64,000 nt of DNA from Bacteriovoracaceae bacterium (GTDB lineage: Bacteria; Bdellovibrionota; Bacteriovoracia; Bacteriovoracales; Bacteriovoracaceae), in NCBI GenBank assembly GCA_018649885.1, contig JABIHA010000108.1, positions 1 to 64,000 of the forward strand, written 5' to 3'. Below, piece after piece: positions 28,411 through 38,495 of the stretch. How positions within the stretch are numbered: the first letter of the stretch is position 1; every line of letters begins with the position of its first letter. Under the pieces are notes generated by a model, which did no database searches, was not told where the DNA came from, and worked only from the letters and a program-made list of their open reading frames with translations. Both the position numbers and the translations under genes were made by a program.

Positions 28411-29606
28411 AAATAATATCTCAGCTTTGTATAAATAGAGTTATCGTAACTTCCAAATTCTGATTTTGGAGCAAGACGTGTACTTGATTTTCGTCCAAGG
28501 CCTATACTTGCACCCACATCGATAGTGAGATCTTGTTCGATATTCCATTCAAACCCTGGAGTAAATAGAAGGGATGAATCATCAAGGTTGGTCATTTGGC
28601 TCATGGAAATATTTACTAGAGGAGAGATCAAATAAGTAAGACCTACAATAAGATAGTTTTTTGCAAGGAGATACACTCCTGCTTCTAAAAATGCCATACT
28701 ACTCGAAATACTTCCATAATCTTGGTAGTTTCGACTTCCCGCCTCGCTATAATGATACTCAGCTAAAATTGTAAGATCTATGGGAAAGAGATATTCAAGG
28801 CCAGTACTTGATCTGAGGTAATTCAATCTATTGTCTTTTTTCAAGTCATTGTAGGCAAGTTCAAGCCAAGCACCAGCACCTTTAATATTTCCTGAAAAGT
28901 TTGCACCGTAGAGAAGGTTTTTCTTGAATCTATTTACCAGAAATTCCAGGTCCCAATTTAAAACTGGAAATTTTGCAGACACAAAGTATGCGTTGTTTTT
29001 GTCTTCGAGATTCTCACCAAAAATAGCGCCAAAATCTATTTCAGAAAGATCAGTTGTAGATATGTGTGCTCTAATAGCATCATTTCCATACCTTTGTTCA
29101 GTATCAATCATCACTAGGTTAAAGGGAGCTATGACATCAGTAGGATTAACTGTCCGAGCAACCCCGAAACCGATTGCTTGCCTTCCGGCCGTAACTGACA
29201 ATAAATCATTTGAAAAACCATAATACAATCTATCTAAATTTTGTTCTACTCTGACAGATTTAGAATTGTATAGATTATTTTTTACTAGATATCTAGGCAG
29301 TTCATAAGCACGATAAGAAACAACATCACTTTCTAAACTTGAAAAGTATACAGGATCTCTAATGCTGTTGAGGGAGGAAAATAGTTCATAAGAGGCCTCA
29401 AAAATGTGAGGGTCATTACTATAAAGAACAGTCAGTCCATTATTGACCACACCATATGTGATGCTCTCTTTTTCTGCACCCACAATTTGCGAGCGTTTAG
29501 TCGCAAAGATCGCTCTATGATGCCCCTGGGCCTCAATTTGTGAGTAAACAGGTAAGCTCAGAAAAACTGAGATGCTAAAAAATAGTATCGCTTTCAATTC
29601 TTCCAT
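28407..29606 (-). CDS. Outer-membrane beta-barrel protein associated with the ABC/LolA-like operon
   Basis: Signal peptide, LDRLYY...GRQAIGFG...NPTD motif, C-terminal YYF BAM signal. Confidence 0.8.
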   Translation of the reverse strand: MEELKAILFFSISVFLSLPVYSQIEAQGHHRAIFATKRSQIVGAEKESITYGVVNNGLTVLYSNDPHIFEASYELFSSLNSIRDPVYFSSLESDVVSYRAYELPRYLVKNNLYNSKSVRVEQNLDRLYYGFSNDLLSVTAGRQAIGFGVARTVNPTDVIAPFNLVMIDTEQRYGNDAIRAHISTTDLSEIDFGAIFGENLEDKNNAYFVSAKFPVLNWDLEFLVNRFKKNLLYGANFSGNIKGAGAWLELAYNDLKKDNRLNYLRSSTGLEYLFPIDLTILAEYHYSEAGSRNYQDYGSISSSMAFLEAGVYLLAKNYLIVGLTYLISPLVNISMSQMTNLDDSSLLFTPGFEWNIEQDLTIDVGASIGLGRKSSTRLAPKSEFGSYDNSIYTKLRYYF

Positions 29607-30276
29607 CCTTAAGAGTGATTAGTCTTTTAGCTCTCTCCATAATTGTATTGTCATGAGTTGAGAAAATAAAGGTAGTCTGATACTTACTGTTGAGCTCTTT
29701 CATTAACTCAACCAGTGCCACCGCAGTTTTGGAATCCAAATTTGCTGTAGGCTCATCTGCCAAAACTATTTCAGGCCTTGTTACTATTGCTCTTGCCACA
29801 GCAACTCTTTGTTGTTGCCCACCTGAAAGCTGAGAGGGTTTTCTTTTTTCCATTCCCGTAAGCCCAACATCGGATAATATACTTTGTACTTTTTCACGCC
29901 TTACTTCTTTTGAAATACCCTGAAGTTGCATGACAAATTCAATATTTTCTTCAACACTTAGAACTGGAATCAAATTGTAGGCCTGGAAAATAAATCCTAT
30001 ATGATCTCTCCTGAAATCCGATAGTTCATTACCACTGAGTGTTGTCAAATCATTACCAGCAAGAAAAATTCTTCCTGCAGTGGGGGTATCTAGTCCACTT
30101 ATTAAATTGAGTAGCGTTGACTTGCCAGATCCTGAAGGGCCTACGATAGCAACGAACTCTCCTTTTTTAATTTTAAAAGAAACATCACTTACAGCGTTAA
30201 CTTGGGTTTGTTCACCTTCATTAAATATCTTTTTAACGTTCTCTACTTTAAAAATTTCTTCATGGTCAATATTCAT
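29575..30276 (-). CDS. ABC transporter ATPase (LolD/MacB family)
   Basis: GPSGSGKST, LSGGQQQRVAVARA and ADEPTANLD. Confidence 0.95.
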   Translation of the reverse strand: MNIDHEEIFKVENVKKIFNEGEQTQVNAVSDVSFKIKKGEFVAIVGPSGSGKSTLLNLISGLDTPTAGRIFLAGNDLTTLSGNELSDFRRDHIGFIFQAYNLIPVLSVEENIEFVMQLQGISKEVRREKVQSILSDVGLTGMEKRKPSQLSGGQQQRVAVARAIVTRPEIVLADEPTANLDSKTAVALVELMKELNSKYQTTFIFSTHDNTIMERAKRLITLKDGRIESDTIF

Positions 30277-30285
30277 GACCACCTC

Positions 30286-31503
30286 CTATAAACTTTTTTT
30301 CAATGCATCTGCAAGAGTTATCCTTGTGGCATGTATCCCTGGATATAATCCAACAAGTAATGTGAAAACAAAGATTAAAATTGGATATAATACAAATTGT
30401 TTAACTGAAAAAACAAAGTAGATTTTGTCGCTAAAAGTAATCTCAGCAAACTCCACACCTGCGTAATCAATCCCATATTTTGCCCAAAACCCACCAATCA
30501 CAATAGCTATGATGATCCCAAAAAACATACTCAGTAGAGAAAGGGCCGCTGCCTCAGATAAAATCATTAATAATAGTGAGCGCGAGCGAGTTCCAAGTGA
30601 TCTAAGCACTCCAAACTCAAATAACCTCTCATAGAGTGACATAAAAAGAGTATTGAGAATTCCCAAAGAAACAAGGGCGAGAAGAATGGTGGAAAGAATT
30701 GATATGGATACTGTACTCATATCAATTGTTGAGACCACACCCGGAGCCAAATCTTTCCAGCTCTCTGCAATATTTTGTTCGCTGTTAAGAGACTGGAAAA
30801 ACTCAACTGAATTGTCTACCTCAGATAACTCTTTAAAACGAAAAGCGATTTCATGTACTTTGCCTTCTAAACCCAAAAGAGATTGTGCCTTCGATTTTTT
30901 AATAAAGACCACTCCTTCATCCATTTGATCGGAACCAAGTGAAAAGACCCCTTTTAATCTAAATAGCTCTTGAACAAGCTCGCCTGTGTGGGCCTGGGCC
31001 ATGGTCACAACAATTCGGTCTCCAAGTCTAACTCCGAGTCTTTTTTTCTGTTTGTGCCCAATTAAAATATCCCCATCTTTTTCAAGTGAGCCTCCCTCAA
31101 TAATTCGTTTCTCTACTTTTGAGATTTTGAATTCATCCTTAGGATCAATGCCGTAAAGTAAGACATTTGCAGAGTCCTCAGCGGAGGATATAAGTGACAT
31201 TGTTATCACTCGTGAAGAATAGGCTACAATATTTTCCTGCCCATTTAATTTTTTAATCACATTTTCTAAATTAGAAATTGTATTTTCTACGCTTACTGAT
31301 TTTTGAAAATCTTTTTGATGAATCTGGCCATGTCCCAAAAACGTATCAGTTACATTGATAATCATATTGTCTAGCATTCCGACCCAAAAGCCATCTGCTA
31401 AAATAAGAGACGCAAGCCCTATACCAATAGCAATCGCTGCAATAAGAGATCTTCTAGTATTTCTAAATAAATTTCTAAACCCTAATTTAAAAAATAATAA
31501 CAA
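30286..31503 (-). CDS. ABC transporter permease (FtsX/LolC-E family)
   Basis: RNLFRNTRRS N-terminus, large periplasmic loop, ERLFEFGVLRSLG. Confidence 0.92.
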   Translation of the reverse strand: MLLFFKLGFRNLFRNTRRSLIAAIAIGIGLASLILADGFWVGMLDNMIINVTDTFLGHGQIHQKDFQKSVSVENTISNLENVIKKLNGQENIVAYSSRVITMSLISSAEDSANVLLYGIDPKDEFKISKVEKRIIEGGSLEKDGDILIGHKQKKRLGVRLGDRIVVTMAQAHTGELVQELFRLKGVFSLGSDQMDEGVVFIKKSKAQSLLGLEGKVHEIAFRFKELSEVDNSVEFFQSLNSEQNIAESWKDLAPGVVSTIDMSTVSISILSTILLALVSLGILNTLFMSLYERLFEFGVLRSLGTRSRSLLLMILSEAAALSLLSMFFGIIIAIVIGGFWAKYGIDYAGVEFAEITFSDKIYFVFSVKQFVLYPILIFVFTLLVGLYPGIHATRITLADALKKSL

Positions 31504-31513
31504 TTTCGTTCCT

Positions 31514-32725
31514 CTAAGCTGCTCTCATTGCCTTTGAGGGCAATATTTTCATGGCCATCCATGAAGGGTACAAACAAACAAAAAATGTAGTGGTCAATAT
31601 AATTTTTGAAGGAGTGGTGTAGCAAGCTAACATCACTTTCCCTTTTATTTCTTTTATGATAATTCCGCCCCATTCAATGGGTGTGGCCAAATCGATTCCA
31701 TATTTAGAAAAATAGTAATTGAGAAAGGTTGAAAAAATTGATCCTATAGCAATGCTGAAGAGGGCCATGATAAAATTTTCAATGAAAATTAATTTCGCAA
31801 TATCAATGGGTCGTCCACCAATAGCTTTTATCACCCCAAATTCTCTGGTTCGTTCAAGAATTGACATTAAAACGGTATTGAATACCCCTATGGCCATAAC
31901 CAAGATAAGAATGAACCTTGCAACAGTGTCACCTTTTTTATCTGCTTGCATTGCTTTGTAAAAATCTTTTTCTACTTCTTCCCAGGAACTCACCTCAAGC
32001 CCGTCACCTAATTTTTGCTGCAACTTCTTTTTTAATTTGGGGATATTGGTACCATCTTTTACAATCAATGAAATTTCATGAATTCTATCTCCAAAAGAAA
32101 GAAACTCAGATGCTATTCTTAGAGGCATATATACTTTTTGATCATCCATACCTCTACCTGGGTGATCGATGATACCTATGACTTTAAAAGAGTCATTGGC
32201 AATTGAACCATCTGCTCCTTGTCCTATCAAATATATATCACTACCTACTTTTGCTTTTAATACTTCCGAAACACCCTTTCCCAAAATGACTTCATGGCCT
32301 GACGAGCCTGAAAAATATACACCCCGGTTTACTCTTTTTTTCAAAGTAGTGAGCATAGCTTCTTTTTCAGGATCAACTGCCATGATTTGCACACCCTGCG
32401 TTTTTTTTTTGAAAAAGCTTAGTGAACCGAAGTGAATTCTTGAAGAGGTAGATTCTATTTCAGAGAAAGTACCCAGATCATCTGTTACGGTCTTTGGATC
32501 TTTTATAGCGGTAAAAAACCTCGGATTATCTAAATATCCTTTTTGGTGAATCTGTAGATGACCAGTTCGCTCTCTAATAAAATGATCAATATAAATTTCA
32601 TAACCACCATCGGCAATGCAAACAAAGAATGAAAATAGAGTAAAGCCAAAAACCATCATACCCATAGTAAGAAGGCTTCTTCTTTTGTTTCTAAGAATAT
32701 TTCTAAAACCAATGGCCCAGATCAA
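31514..32725 (-). CDS. ABC transporter permease (FtsX/LolC-E family)
   Basis: RNILRNKRRS and ERTREFGVIKAIG. Confidence 0.92.
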   Translation of the reverse strand: MIWAIGFRNILRNKRRSLLTMGMMVFGFTLFSFFVCIADGGYEIYIDHFIRERTGHLQIHQKGYLDNPRFFTAIKDPKTVTDDLGTFSEIESTSSRIHFGSLSFFKKKTQGVQIMAVDPEKEAMLTTLKKRVNRGVYFSGSSGHEVILGKGVSEVLKAKVGSDIYLIGQGADGSIANDSFKVIGIIDHPGRGMDDQKVYMPLRIASEFLSFGDRIHEISLIVKDGTNIPKLKKKLQQKLGDGLEVSSWEEVEKDFYKAMQADKKGDTVARFILILVMAIGVFNTVLMSILERTREFGVIKAIGGRPIDIAKLIFIENFIMALFSIAIGSIFSTFLNYYFSKYGIDLATPIEWGGIIIKEIKGKVMLACYTTPSKIILTTTFFVCLYPSWMAMKILPSKAMRAA

Positions 32726-32727
32726 AC

Positions 32728-33456
32728 TTATCGCCTCTTTTGAAGATTTCTCTTACTAAAAACGCTATCAGAAATTTCTTTGTTAAATTCCGCAGCAGTG
32801 TATTTGATAATTGTTTTATTTCCCTTCTTCTTTAATGGCACTAGCTCTAAAACTGTCGGAATAGTCTTGCCACCAATTTTTTTAATTTCTTTCATTTCCA
32901 TAACTCGAATTTTTTCCATATTTTCATCGTAATAAATCTGTTTAATAGGAAATTCATTCTTCTTATCTACTAAAATCTCCACTTTTCCCCAAACTGTTAC
33001 AGTTTCAGGTTTGGGAGTGGAAATGATCCTATAATAGTTTTGATCTTCTACTCCAAATTTTGAGTTGAAATCTTTTCTATAGGTATTCTCTTTTACTAAA
33101 TCATCATTTGTTAGGTCTGAGCCCATCCAGGAACCCATCATCATCGAAGGAGGAACTTTAATCACCTTGTTAATTTTTGGGAAAAAATTCCACATATCAT
33201 TGTCTCTTTTTAAAGTAGAGATCCCTTTGTCCTTCTTGGGAGCTAGTATTGTAATAAACGTCCGTTCCAGTCCCTTTGTCCAAACTTTCATTTTTAGAGT
33301 CCGCTTCCAATTAGGAGTCTGGATTTGCATCTCCATTTGCACTTCAGAGGAATCAGATCGATGTAGACGGTCAATCCTATCTAGAAGCTTCTCTAAACTC
33401 TTTGAATAAACAGAGTGGGAAAATATCAAAATCAAAGACATGATAAATTTCTTCAA
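32728..33456 (-). CDS. Outer-membrane lipoprotein-sorting protein (LolA-like)
   Basis: Signal peptide, PKKDKG..TL...MWNFFP, SWMGSDLTNDDL and C-terminal FSKRNL. Confidence 0.9.
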   Translation of the reverse strand: MKKFIMSLILIFSHSVYSKSLEKLLDRIDRLHRSDSSEVQMEMQIQTPNWKRTLKMKVWTKGLERTFITILAPKKDKGISTLKRDNDMWNFFPKINKVIKVPPSMMMGSWMGSDLTNDDLVKENTYRKDFNSKFGVEDQNYYRIISTPKPETVTVWGKVEILVDKKNEFPIKQIYYDENMEKIRVMEMKEIKKIGGKTIPTVLELVPLKKKGNKTIIKYTAAEFNKEISDSVFSKRNLQKRR

Positions 33457-33541
33457 AACAACCTCTTGGTAATTGATCAGGCACGCCCATAGTACTCCAA
33501 TTAAAATAACAAAATAAATATTATTTAGAGTTTTCTATATT

Positions 33542-33557
33542 TGGCCCTTGGCCTGCA
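33542..33557 (+). promoter_or_regulatory. Candidate sigma54 (-24/-12) promoter
   Basis: TGGCCCTTGGCCTGCA gives GG-N10-GC, about 57 nt upstream of ORF 33614. Confidence 0.35.
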
Positions 33558-33613
33558 GTTAATACAGTTACAAGGCCAAATTCATGAAAATTAAGGCCGT
33601 ATGAGGAGAAAAA

Positions 33614-33868
33614 ATGAATAAATTTATGACAGGTGCACTGCTGCTGGCCACTTTAACTATATCAATGTCAGCCTTCGCCGATCAGAGTCAAAGCTCCTCA
33701 AATCTCAAACACCTTAAGGCCCTTAATCAAATCTTTTGGCATAATGGCATTGTTCAAAATGTAGAGATGGAACAAGACGCTCAGAATCTTAAAGTAAGCG
33801 ATGAGCAAGTTCCTTTTGAGTTTGCAAAATTACCTGAGGAATTAGTACGACCTTTACAAAACTTATAA
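33614..33868 (+). CDS. Small secreted hypothetical protein
   Basis: GAGGAG SD and signal peptide ending AFA. Confidence 0.75.
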   Translation: MNKFMTGALLLATLTISMSAFADQSQSSSNLKHLKALNQIFWHNGIVQNVEMEQDAQNLKVSDEQVPFEFAKLPEELVRPLQNL

Positions 33869-33879
33869 AACTCAAAGCT

Positions 33880-33908
33880 TTGCCAAAATCTTTTTCATTC
33901 GTTATAGT
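33880..33908 (+). promoter_or_regulatory. Candidate sigma70 promoter of the marR-family gene
   Basis: TTGCCA-N17-TATAGT. Confidence 0.45.
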
Positions 33909-33963
33909 CTGATAGTCATACTAGCGCTAGGGTGACATGGAAAAATTATAATGGGACCAGCTT

Positions 33964-34473
33964 ATGTTAAGGATTTCACGAGTAAACAGTCTTCTCAAAA
34001 AAAACTACCGACTTCTTGGTCAAATTCTGAATCAAAAACTTCAAGGGAAAGGCTTTACTGACCTGAGAGTGAGCTTTTTAGAAATCCTCATCTACATTTG
34101 TGAAAATGAAGGCACACCCATAAAGAAAATTGGTAGTGCTTGTAATCTCAAAAAACAAACAATGACTAGCCATCTAAATGAACTTGAAAAAAGAGGCTAT
34201 ATAAAAAGAGTTACCAGTAGCACTGATAAAAGAGAAAGCCATATCTTTCTTACTCAATATGGTGAGAAGTTTAAATCAAACCTAATTTCCACTCTTAACG
34301 ATTTAGAAAAAACAGTGAACCTACTTATTGGTGAAATCGAGCTCGAAAGACTTGAGATGACTCTCGAAAATTTCTACAGCAAGATTCACCAAAATGATCT
34401 TAAAGGGACTGAAGCTGCTCCCGAGAGTTTTCTTGGTGTTATTAACGAAGAAGAAGTTAGATACTGGACCTGA
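33964..34473 (+). CDS. MarR family transcriptional regulator
   Basis: Winged HTH LNELEKRGYIKRVTSSTDKRESHIFLTQYG. Confidence 0.92.
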   Translation: MLRISRVNSLLKKNYRLLGQILNQKLQGKGFTDLRVSFLEILIYICENEGTPIKKIGSACNLKKQTMTSHLNELEKRGYIKRVTSSTDKRESHIFLTQYGEKFKSNLISTLNDLEKTVNLLIGEIELERLEMTLENFYSKIHQNDLKGTEAAPESFLGVINEEEVRYWT

Positions 34474-34526
34474 GGTTCAGGAAACCAGTCATGAGTAATC
34501 CCCTTTTCTTTTTTTGTTTTCCTTTT

Positions 34527-34766
34527 TGTTGGCGCTTGGCAGTTGCCCTTGCCCACCCAGCTGGAATTAATAAATGGAACATAATTTTTAAGTTCATTAT
34601 GGGCTTCTCACAATCTACAAAAAATCGATCTCATTTTTAACACTAATACGTGAAATTGGTAAAGACTTACCAAGAGGATTTTATTTGAAATCATCAGTAT
34701 GTTAGTGGTCATGTGTAAGTAAGAAATTTATCTTGGGTGGGCAAGGGCAACTGCCAAGCGCCAACA
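34527..34766. repeat. Perfect 33-bp inverted repeat pair (34527-34559 / 34734-34766) around a 174-bp AT-rich spacer
   Basis: TGTTGGCGCTTGGCAGTTGCCCTTGCCCACCCA and its exact reverse complement. Confidence 0.93.
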
Positions 34767-34846
34767 CCAAGGCAAAGGGAGCAGTTAAGAAGTTGACTAG
34801 GAGTGATCTGAGTAAGCATGGATATTTTTCAAAATGTCCAATTAGA

Positions 34847-35962
34847 TTAAAAGAAATTCCTAGAATTACTGAGACCTGTGGCAATGCCAATGCACACCCC
34901 GAACGTGAGAAGACTAGAGCCCCCATAGGACATTAACGGCAGCGGAAGACCAACAATAGGCATAAGACCCATGACCATTCCCATATTGACCACTGTATGA
35001 AAAAAGAAAATAGACATCAGTCCAATGGCGAGCAAGGAATCAAAAAATCTTAAGACAGAAGTGGAAAGCCACAAAAATCTGAAAAATAAAATCCCGTATA
35101 GTGCTAATAGTAAAATGGAGCCCAAAAGACCGTGCTCTTCATTGAAGATTGAGAAAACAAAGTCAGTATGGTTTTCAGGTAGATAATTGAGTGATGCCTG
35201 AGAAGATTTTTTATAGCCCTTACCAAAAATTTGCCCAGACCCAATGGCAATCTTACTTTGAATAGCGTTGTAACCTGTCCCTCTGGCATCAGCAGTATCA
35301 TCAAGAAAGGTAAGTATTCTTTGTTTTTGATAGTTTTTGAGACCAAACTCAAACATAACCCCACCAGCGAGTGCCGCCATAATGGATACAATTATTATCG
35401 TTTTCCATTTGAGTCTTCTGTAGAATGCGATCATTAAAAATACTAAGAGAACAATCAAGCCTGTTCCCAGATCGGGTTCAACAATAATAAGCATTGCTGG
35501 AAAAAGTGCGATGAGACCTGGGACTACTAACTCTTTAAGCCCTGTTTCTGTATGGGGATTATTCTTTGTGTACCACCTGGCGAGTGCCAGAACCACAGAA
35601 ATTTTCATCATTTCTGAAGGCTGAAACCTTATAGGACCAAGGACTAACCATCTCTGGGCCCCAAGAGCTTTATTTCCCATGATTAATACCAAAATTAACG
35701 CGAATATATTGAGACCGTACAAGACATAGGCGAACCTAAAATAATTTTTGGGTCGAATAAAACTTACGAGGAACCCAACCCCCATGGCCACTCCAAACAT
35801 AATAAGTTGTTTTTTGTAGATAGCGCCAAGGACAACCTTATTGGCTGCGTGAGTTGCAGAATACAGGTTTAATATCCCAATGATAAATATAATAATGACG
35901 ATACCAAAAAAACTCAGGTCATATTTTTTTAAATAATTTACGATATCAATCTTTAGATTCAA
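34847..35962 (-). CDS. rodA: Rod shape-determining protein RodA (SEDS)
   Basis: GAQRW, FQPSE, EPDLGT, LPENHTDF and PLMSYGGSS. Follows mrdA. Confidence 0.96.
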   Translation of the reverse strand: MNLKIDIVNYLKKYDLSFFGIVIIIFIIGILNLYSATHAANKVVLGAIYKKQLIMFGVAMGVGFLVSFIRPKNYFRFAYVLYGLNIFALILVLIMGNKALGAQRWLVLGPIRFQPSEMMKISVVLALARWYTKNNPHTETGLKELVVPGLIALFPAMLIIVEPDLGTGLIVLLVFLMIAFYRRLKWKTIIIVSIMAALAGGVMFEFGLKNYQKQRILTFLDDTADARGTGYNAIQSKIAIGSGQIFGKGYKKSSQASLNYLPENHTDFVFSIFNEEHGLLGSILLLALYGILFFRFLWLSTSVLRFFDSLLAIGLMSIFFFHTVVNMGMVMGLMPIVGLPLPLMSYGGSSLLTFGVCIGIATGLSNSRNFF

Positions 35963-37971
35963 ATAACCTCCAAGATTTCTTCAGTTTTTTCCTTCAGTTT
36001 TTTCTTCTGCTCTTTTTCCTCATCAGCTCTTTGTTTTATCTTCCTTCTTTTGGCCATCTCTTTGGCAAAGACCTTTTTTTCAAGAATTTCAAATTCTTTT
36101 TGCATATTGGGAAGATACTTCTTCATGTAGGTAGACATAATTGCTGTTACAATGGGAAGTGCAGCTGAGCTTCCGTGGCAGCCATGTTCTATTGTTGCAG
36201 CGACTGCAACTTGTGGGTCTGATTTTGGACCAAATCCAATAAAATGTCCGTGATGGCGATCATTATAATCTTTGTTTTCACATTTTTCATATAGGTTTTC
36301 AGAGCTCGAAGCACTCTTAACTTGAGAGGTTCCTGTTTTTCCTGAAAGTTGCAAACCTTTTCTTATACTTCTCCACCAACCTGTCCCTTTGGGATGATTG
36401 GCCACCTGGTAGAGACCTTCCTTCACAAGCCTTTGTGTTTTCTCACTTATGATAATTTTCTTGGTAATAACCGGTTCAATTCGTTTAATAATTTCGCCTG
36501 AGTTTGAAAAAACCTCTTTAACTAGAGTGGGTTTATAAAGAGTGCCTCCATTGCCAAGTACTGAGTAGGCCATGGCCATTTGGAGTGGACTTGCGAGCAC
36601 GAATGATTGCCCAATTGCACAACTAAGAGTCTCTCCCAATTGCCAATCTATGCCGTTTCTTTTTTTCTTCCACTCTTTGGTTGGAAAAAGACCAGATACC
36701 TCACGTGGCAATTTAATCCCAGACTTTAATCCAAACCCGAACATCCTGGCGTACTTTGCAAGTATATCAATATCTAGTTTCAGAGATAGTTTTTGAAAAT
36801 ATATATTACATGACTCTCTTAACGCTTTAAATAGCTTAACCTTGCCATGCCCATATTTTTTCCAGCAGTGATAATTTCTTCTACCGAGCTTAAATTTTCC
36901 AGTACATTTAATTTCGGTATTTTCATCAATTAAGCCCTCCTCTAAAAGAGCAACTGCTGTTACCATTTTGAAGGTTGAACCTGGGGAATAGTGTTCTTGA
37001 ATGGTTCTATCTCTAAGAGGATTATCAACATTATTAACGAGTGATGACCAATATTCTGTGCTCAGCCCTCTACTAAATTGAGAGGGATCAAATGATGGGG
37101 TGGAAACCATTGCTAGGATTTCGCCAGTTTTTAAACTTACAGCTACTGCTCCACCGACCTTTCCTTCTAAGGCCTTGAACCCACTTAACTGCATATCTCT
37201 ATCTATAGTGAGTCTAACATTGAGACCAGGAACAGATCTCTTATTTTCAATTCCAGCGAATAAATTATCTTTTTTGATGTGCTTTTTCTTCCTACCAAGT
37301 GCATCTACTTCAACATATTCGTGACCATTTTGTCCTCTAAGAGTTGTATCAAGCTGCTCTTCCAGACCAAACTGACCTATGAAATCTCCCAGTTGATAAT
37401 TTTTGTTATCTCTTTTTTTATACTTGGGGAGCTGTTTTTTATTTATCTCTGAAATATAACCTAGTAAGTGAGCACCAGTTTCTTTATCTCGATATTCACG
37501 GCTTATAAAAGTTTCAACACTTACCCCGTGCAAATCAGAATTCTCAGTCTCAATGAGTGCAACTTCTTTTCGAGAAATATTTTTTTTGATGATAATGGGC
37601 TTGTAACTTGCCATGGTAGATTTTTTTAACATTCTTTTTTTAATTTTCTCAACTGGCATATTTAAAATTGCAGACAGATTTTTCAATGTGTTGTCTTTAT
37701 TCTTGAAATACTGTGGTGTTAAAACGGCATCAAATCTTGGGATATTATCAACAATCAACTGTCCATTCCTACTAAAAACCATCCCTCTTGGAGCCTTGAC
37801 GATTTCTTTTCTCAGCCTATTTTTGAGTGACCATTCAAGAAGATCTGGGCCTTTATAAATTTGAAGATACCAAAGCCTTGATAATAGTATGGCAAAAGCA
37901 ATTAAAATGACATTTCCAAGGGCATGGGCCCTTGAGGAGTGGCTTCGAATAATTTCGTCTTCACCAAACAT
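35959..37971 (-). CDS. mrdA: Penicillin-binding protein 2
   Basis: APRG, SPGSTFK, SCN and KTGT motifs, located in the mreCD-rodA operon. Confidence 0.96.
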   Translation of the reverse strand: MFGEDEIIRSHSSRAHALGNVILIAFAILLSRLWYLQIYKGPDLLEWSLKNRLRKEIVKAPRGMVFSRNGQLIVDNIPRFDAVLTPQYFKNKDNTLKNLSAILNMPVEKIKKRMLKKSTMASYKPIIIKKNISRKEVALIETENSDLHGVSVETFISREYRDKETGAHLLGYISEINKKQLPKYKKRDNKNYQLGDFIGQFGLEEQLDTTLRGQNGHEYVEVDALGRKKKHIKKDNLFAGIENKRSVPGLNVRLTIDRDMQLSGFKALEGKVGGAVAVSLKTGEILAMVSTPSFDPSQFSRGLSTEYWSSLVNNVDNPLRDRTIQEHYSPGSTFKMVTAVALLEEGLIDENTEIKCTGKFKLGRRNYHCWKKYGHGKVKLFKALRESCNIYFQKLSLKLDIDILAKYARMFGFGLKSGIKLPREVSGLFPTKEWKKKRNGIDWQLGETLSCAIGQSFVLASPLQMAMAYSVLGNGGTLYKPTLVKEVFSNSGEIIKRIEPVITKKIIISEKTQRLVKEGLYQVANHPKGTGWWRSIRKGLQLSGKTGTSQVKSASSSENLYEKCENKDYNDRHHGHFIGFGPKSDPQVAVAATIEHGCHGSSAALPIVTAIMSTYMKKYLPNMQKEFEILEKKVFAKEMAKRRKIKQRADEEKEQKKKLKEKTEEILEVI

Positions 37972-38495
37972 TAAACTCTGACCTTTGAACCTGTTTGCTT
38001 AATTTTCCAAATTCTATCTAAAAAACCGAAGACGTAGGGAGAGAGTAAACTTATGATGATACTTTCAGGAATAAAATTTTGAAATTTATGAATTATATAG
38101 TCAATATTTAGCGTTCTAATATAAATGAGTACTGCCGTAACACTAAACCAAAGAGTTTGAAAAATTTGAGTCACAATTACGGTTGAAAATTTTGTAGAAA
38201 AATTTAGCAAATCCCTAACAAACCCCACAACGATACAAAGAAGAACACCTGCAAATGTACCGTAAGCCCACCCCTCGATGGTAAAAGCAGCTTGAAAGAG
38301 CTGAACTCCTAGTATCAGAATCGCCGTAAATGGAGTTTCGAGTTTAAACCCTAGAAATAAAATAATAAGAATATTGAAAGGGAGCCTAAATTCATGAAAC
38401 CCAAGAATTGGAAATACCGTACTCGATAAAATATTTAAAAAAATCAGCATGGCGATTGTAATAGTACTAGCAATTATCAAGTTTTTATTTTTCAC
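37971..38495 (-). CDS. mreD: Rod shape-determining protein MreD (divergent)
   Basis: Small 5-6 TM protein between mreC and mrdA. Called mainly on synteny. Confidence 0.75.
   Translation of the reverse strand: MKNKNLIIASTITIAMLIFLNILSSTVFPILGFHEFRLPFNILIILFLGFKLETPFTAILILGVQLFQAAFTIEGWAYGTFAGVLLCIVVGFVRDLLNFSTKFSTVIVTQIFQTLWFSVTAVLIYIRTLNIDYIIHKFQNFIPESIIISLLSPYVFGFLDRIWKIKQTGSKVRV

Noticed and set aside
34702..34936. Short ORFs spanning the right inverted repeat
   Set aside because: They overlap rodA and the repeat and show no recognisable transposase or toxin features.
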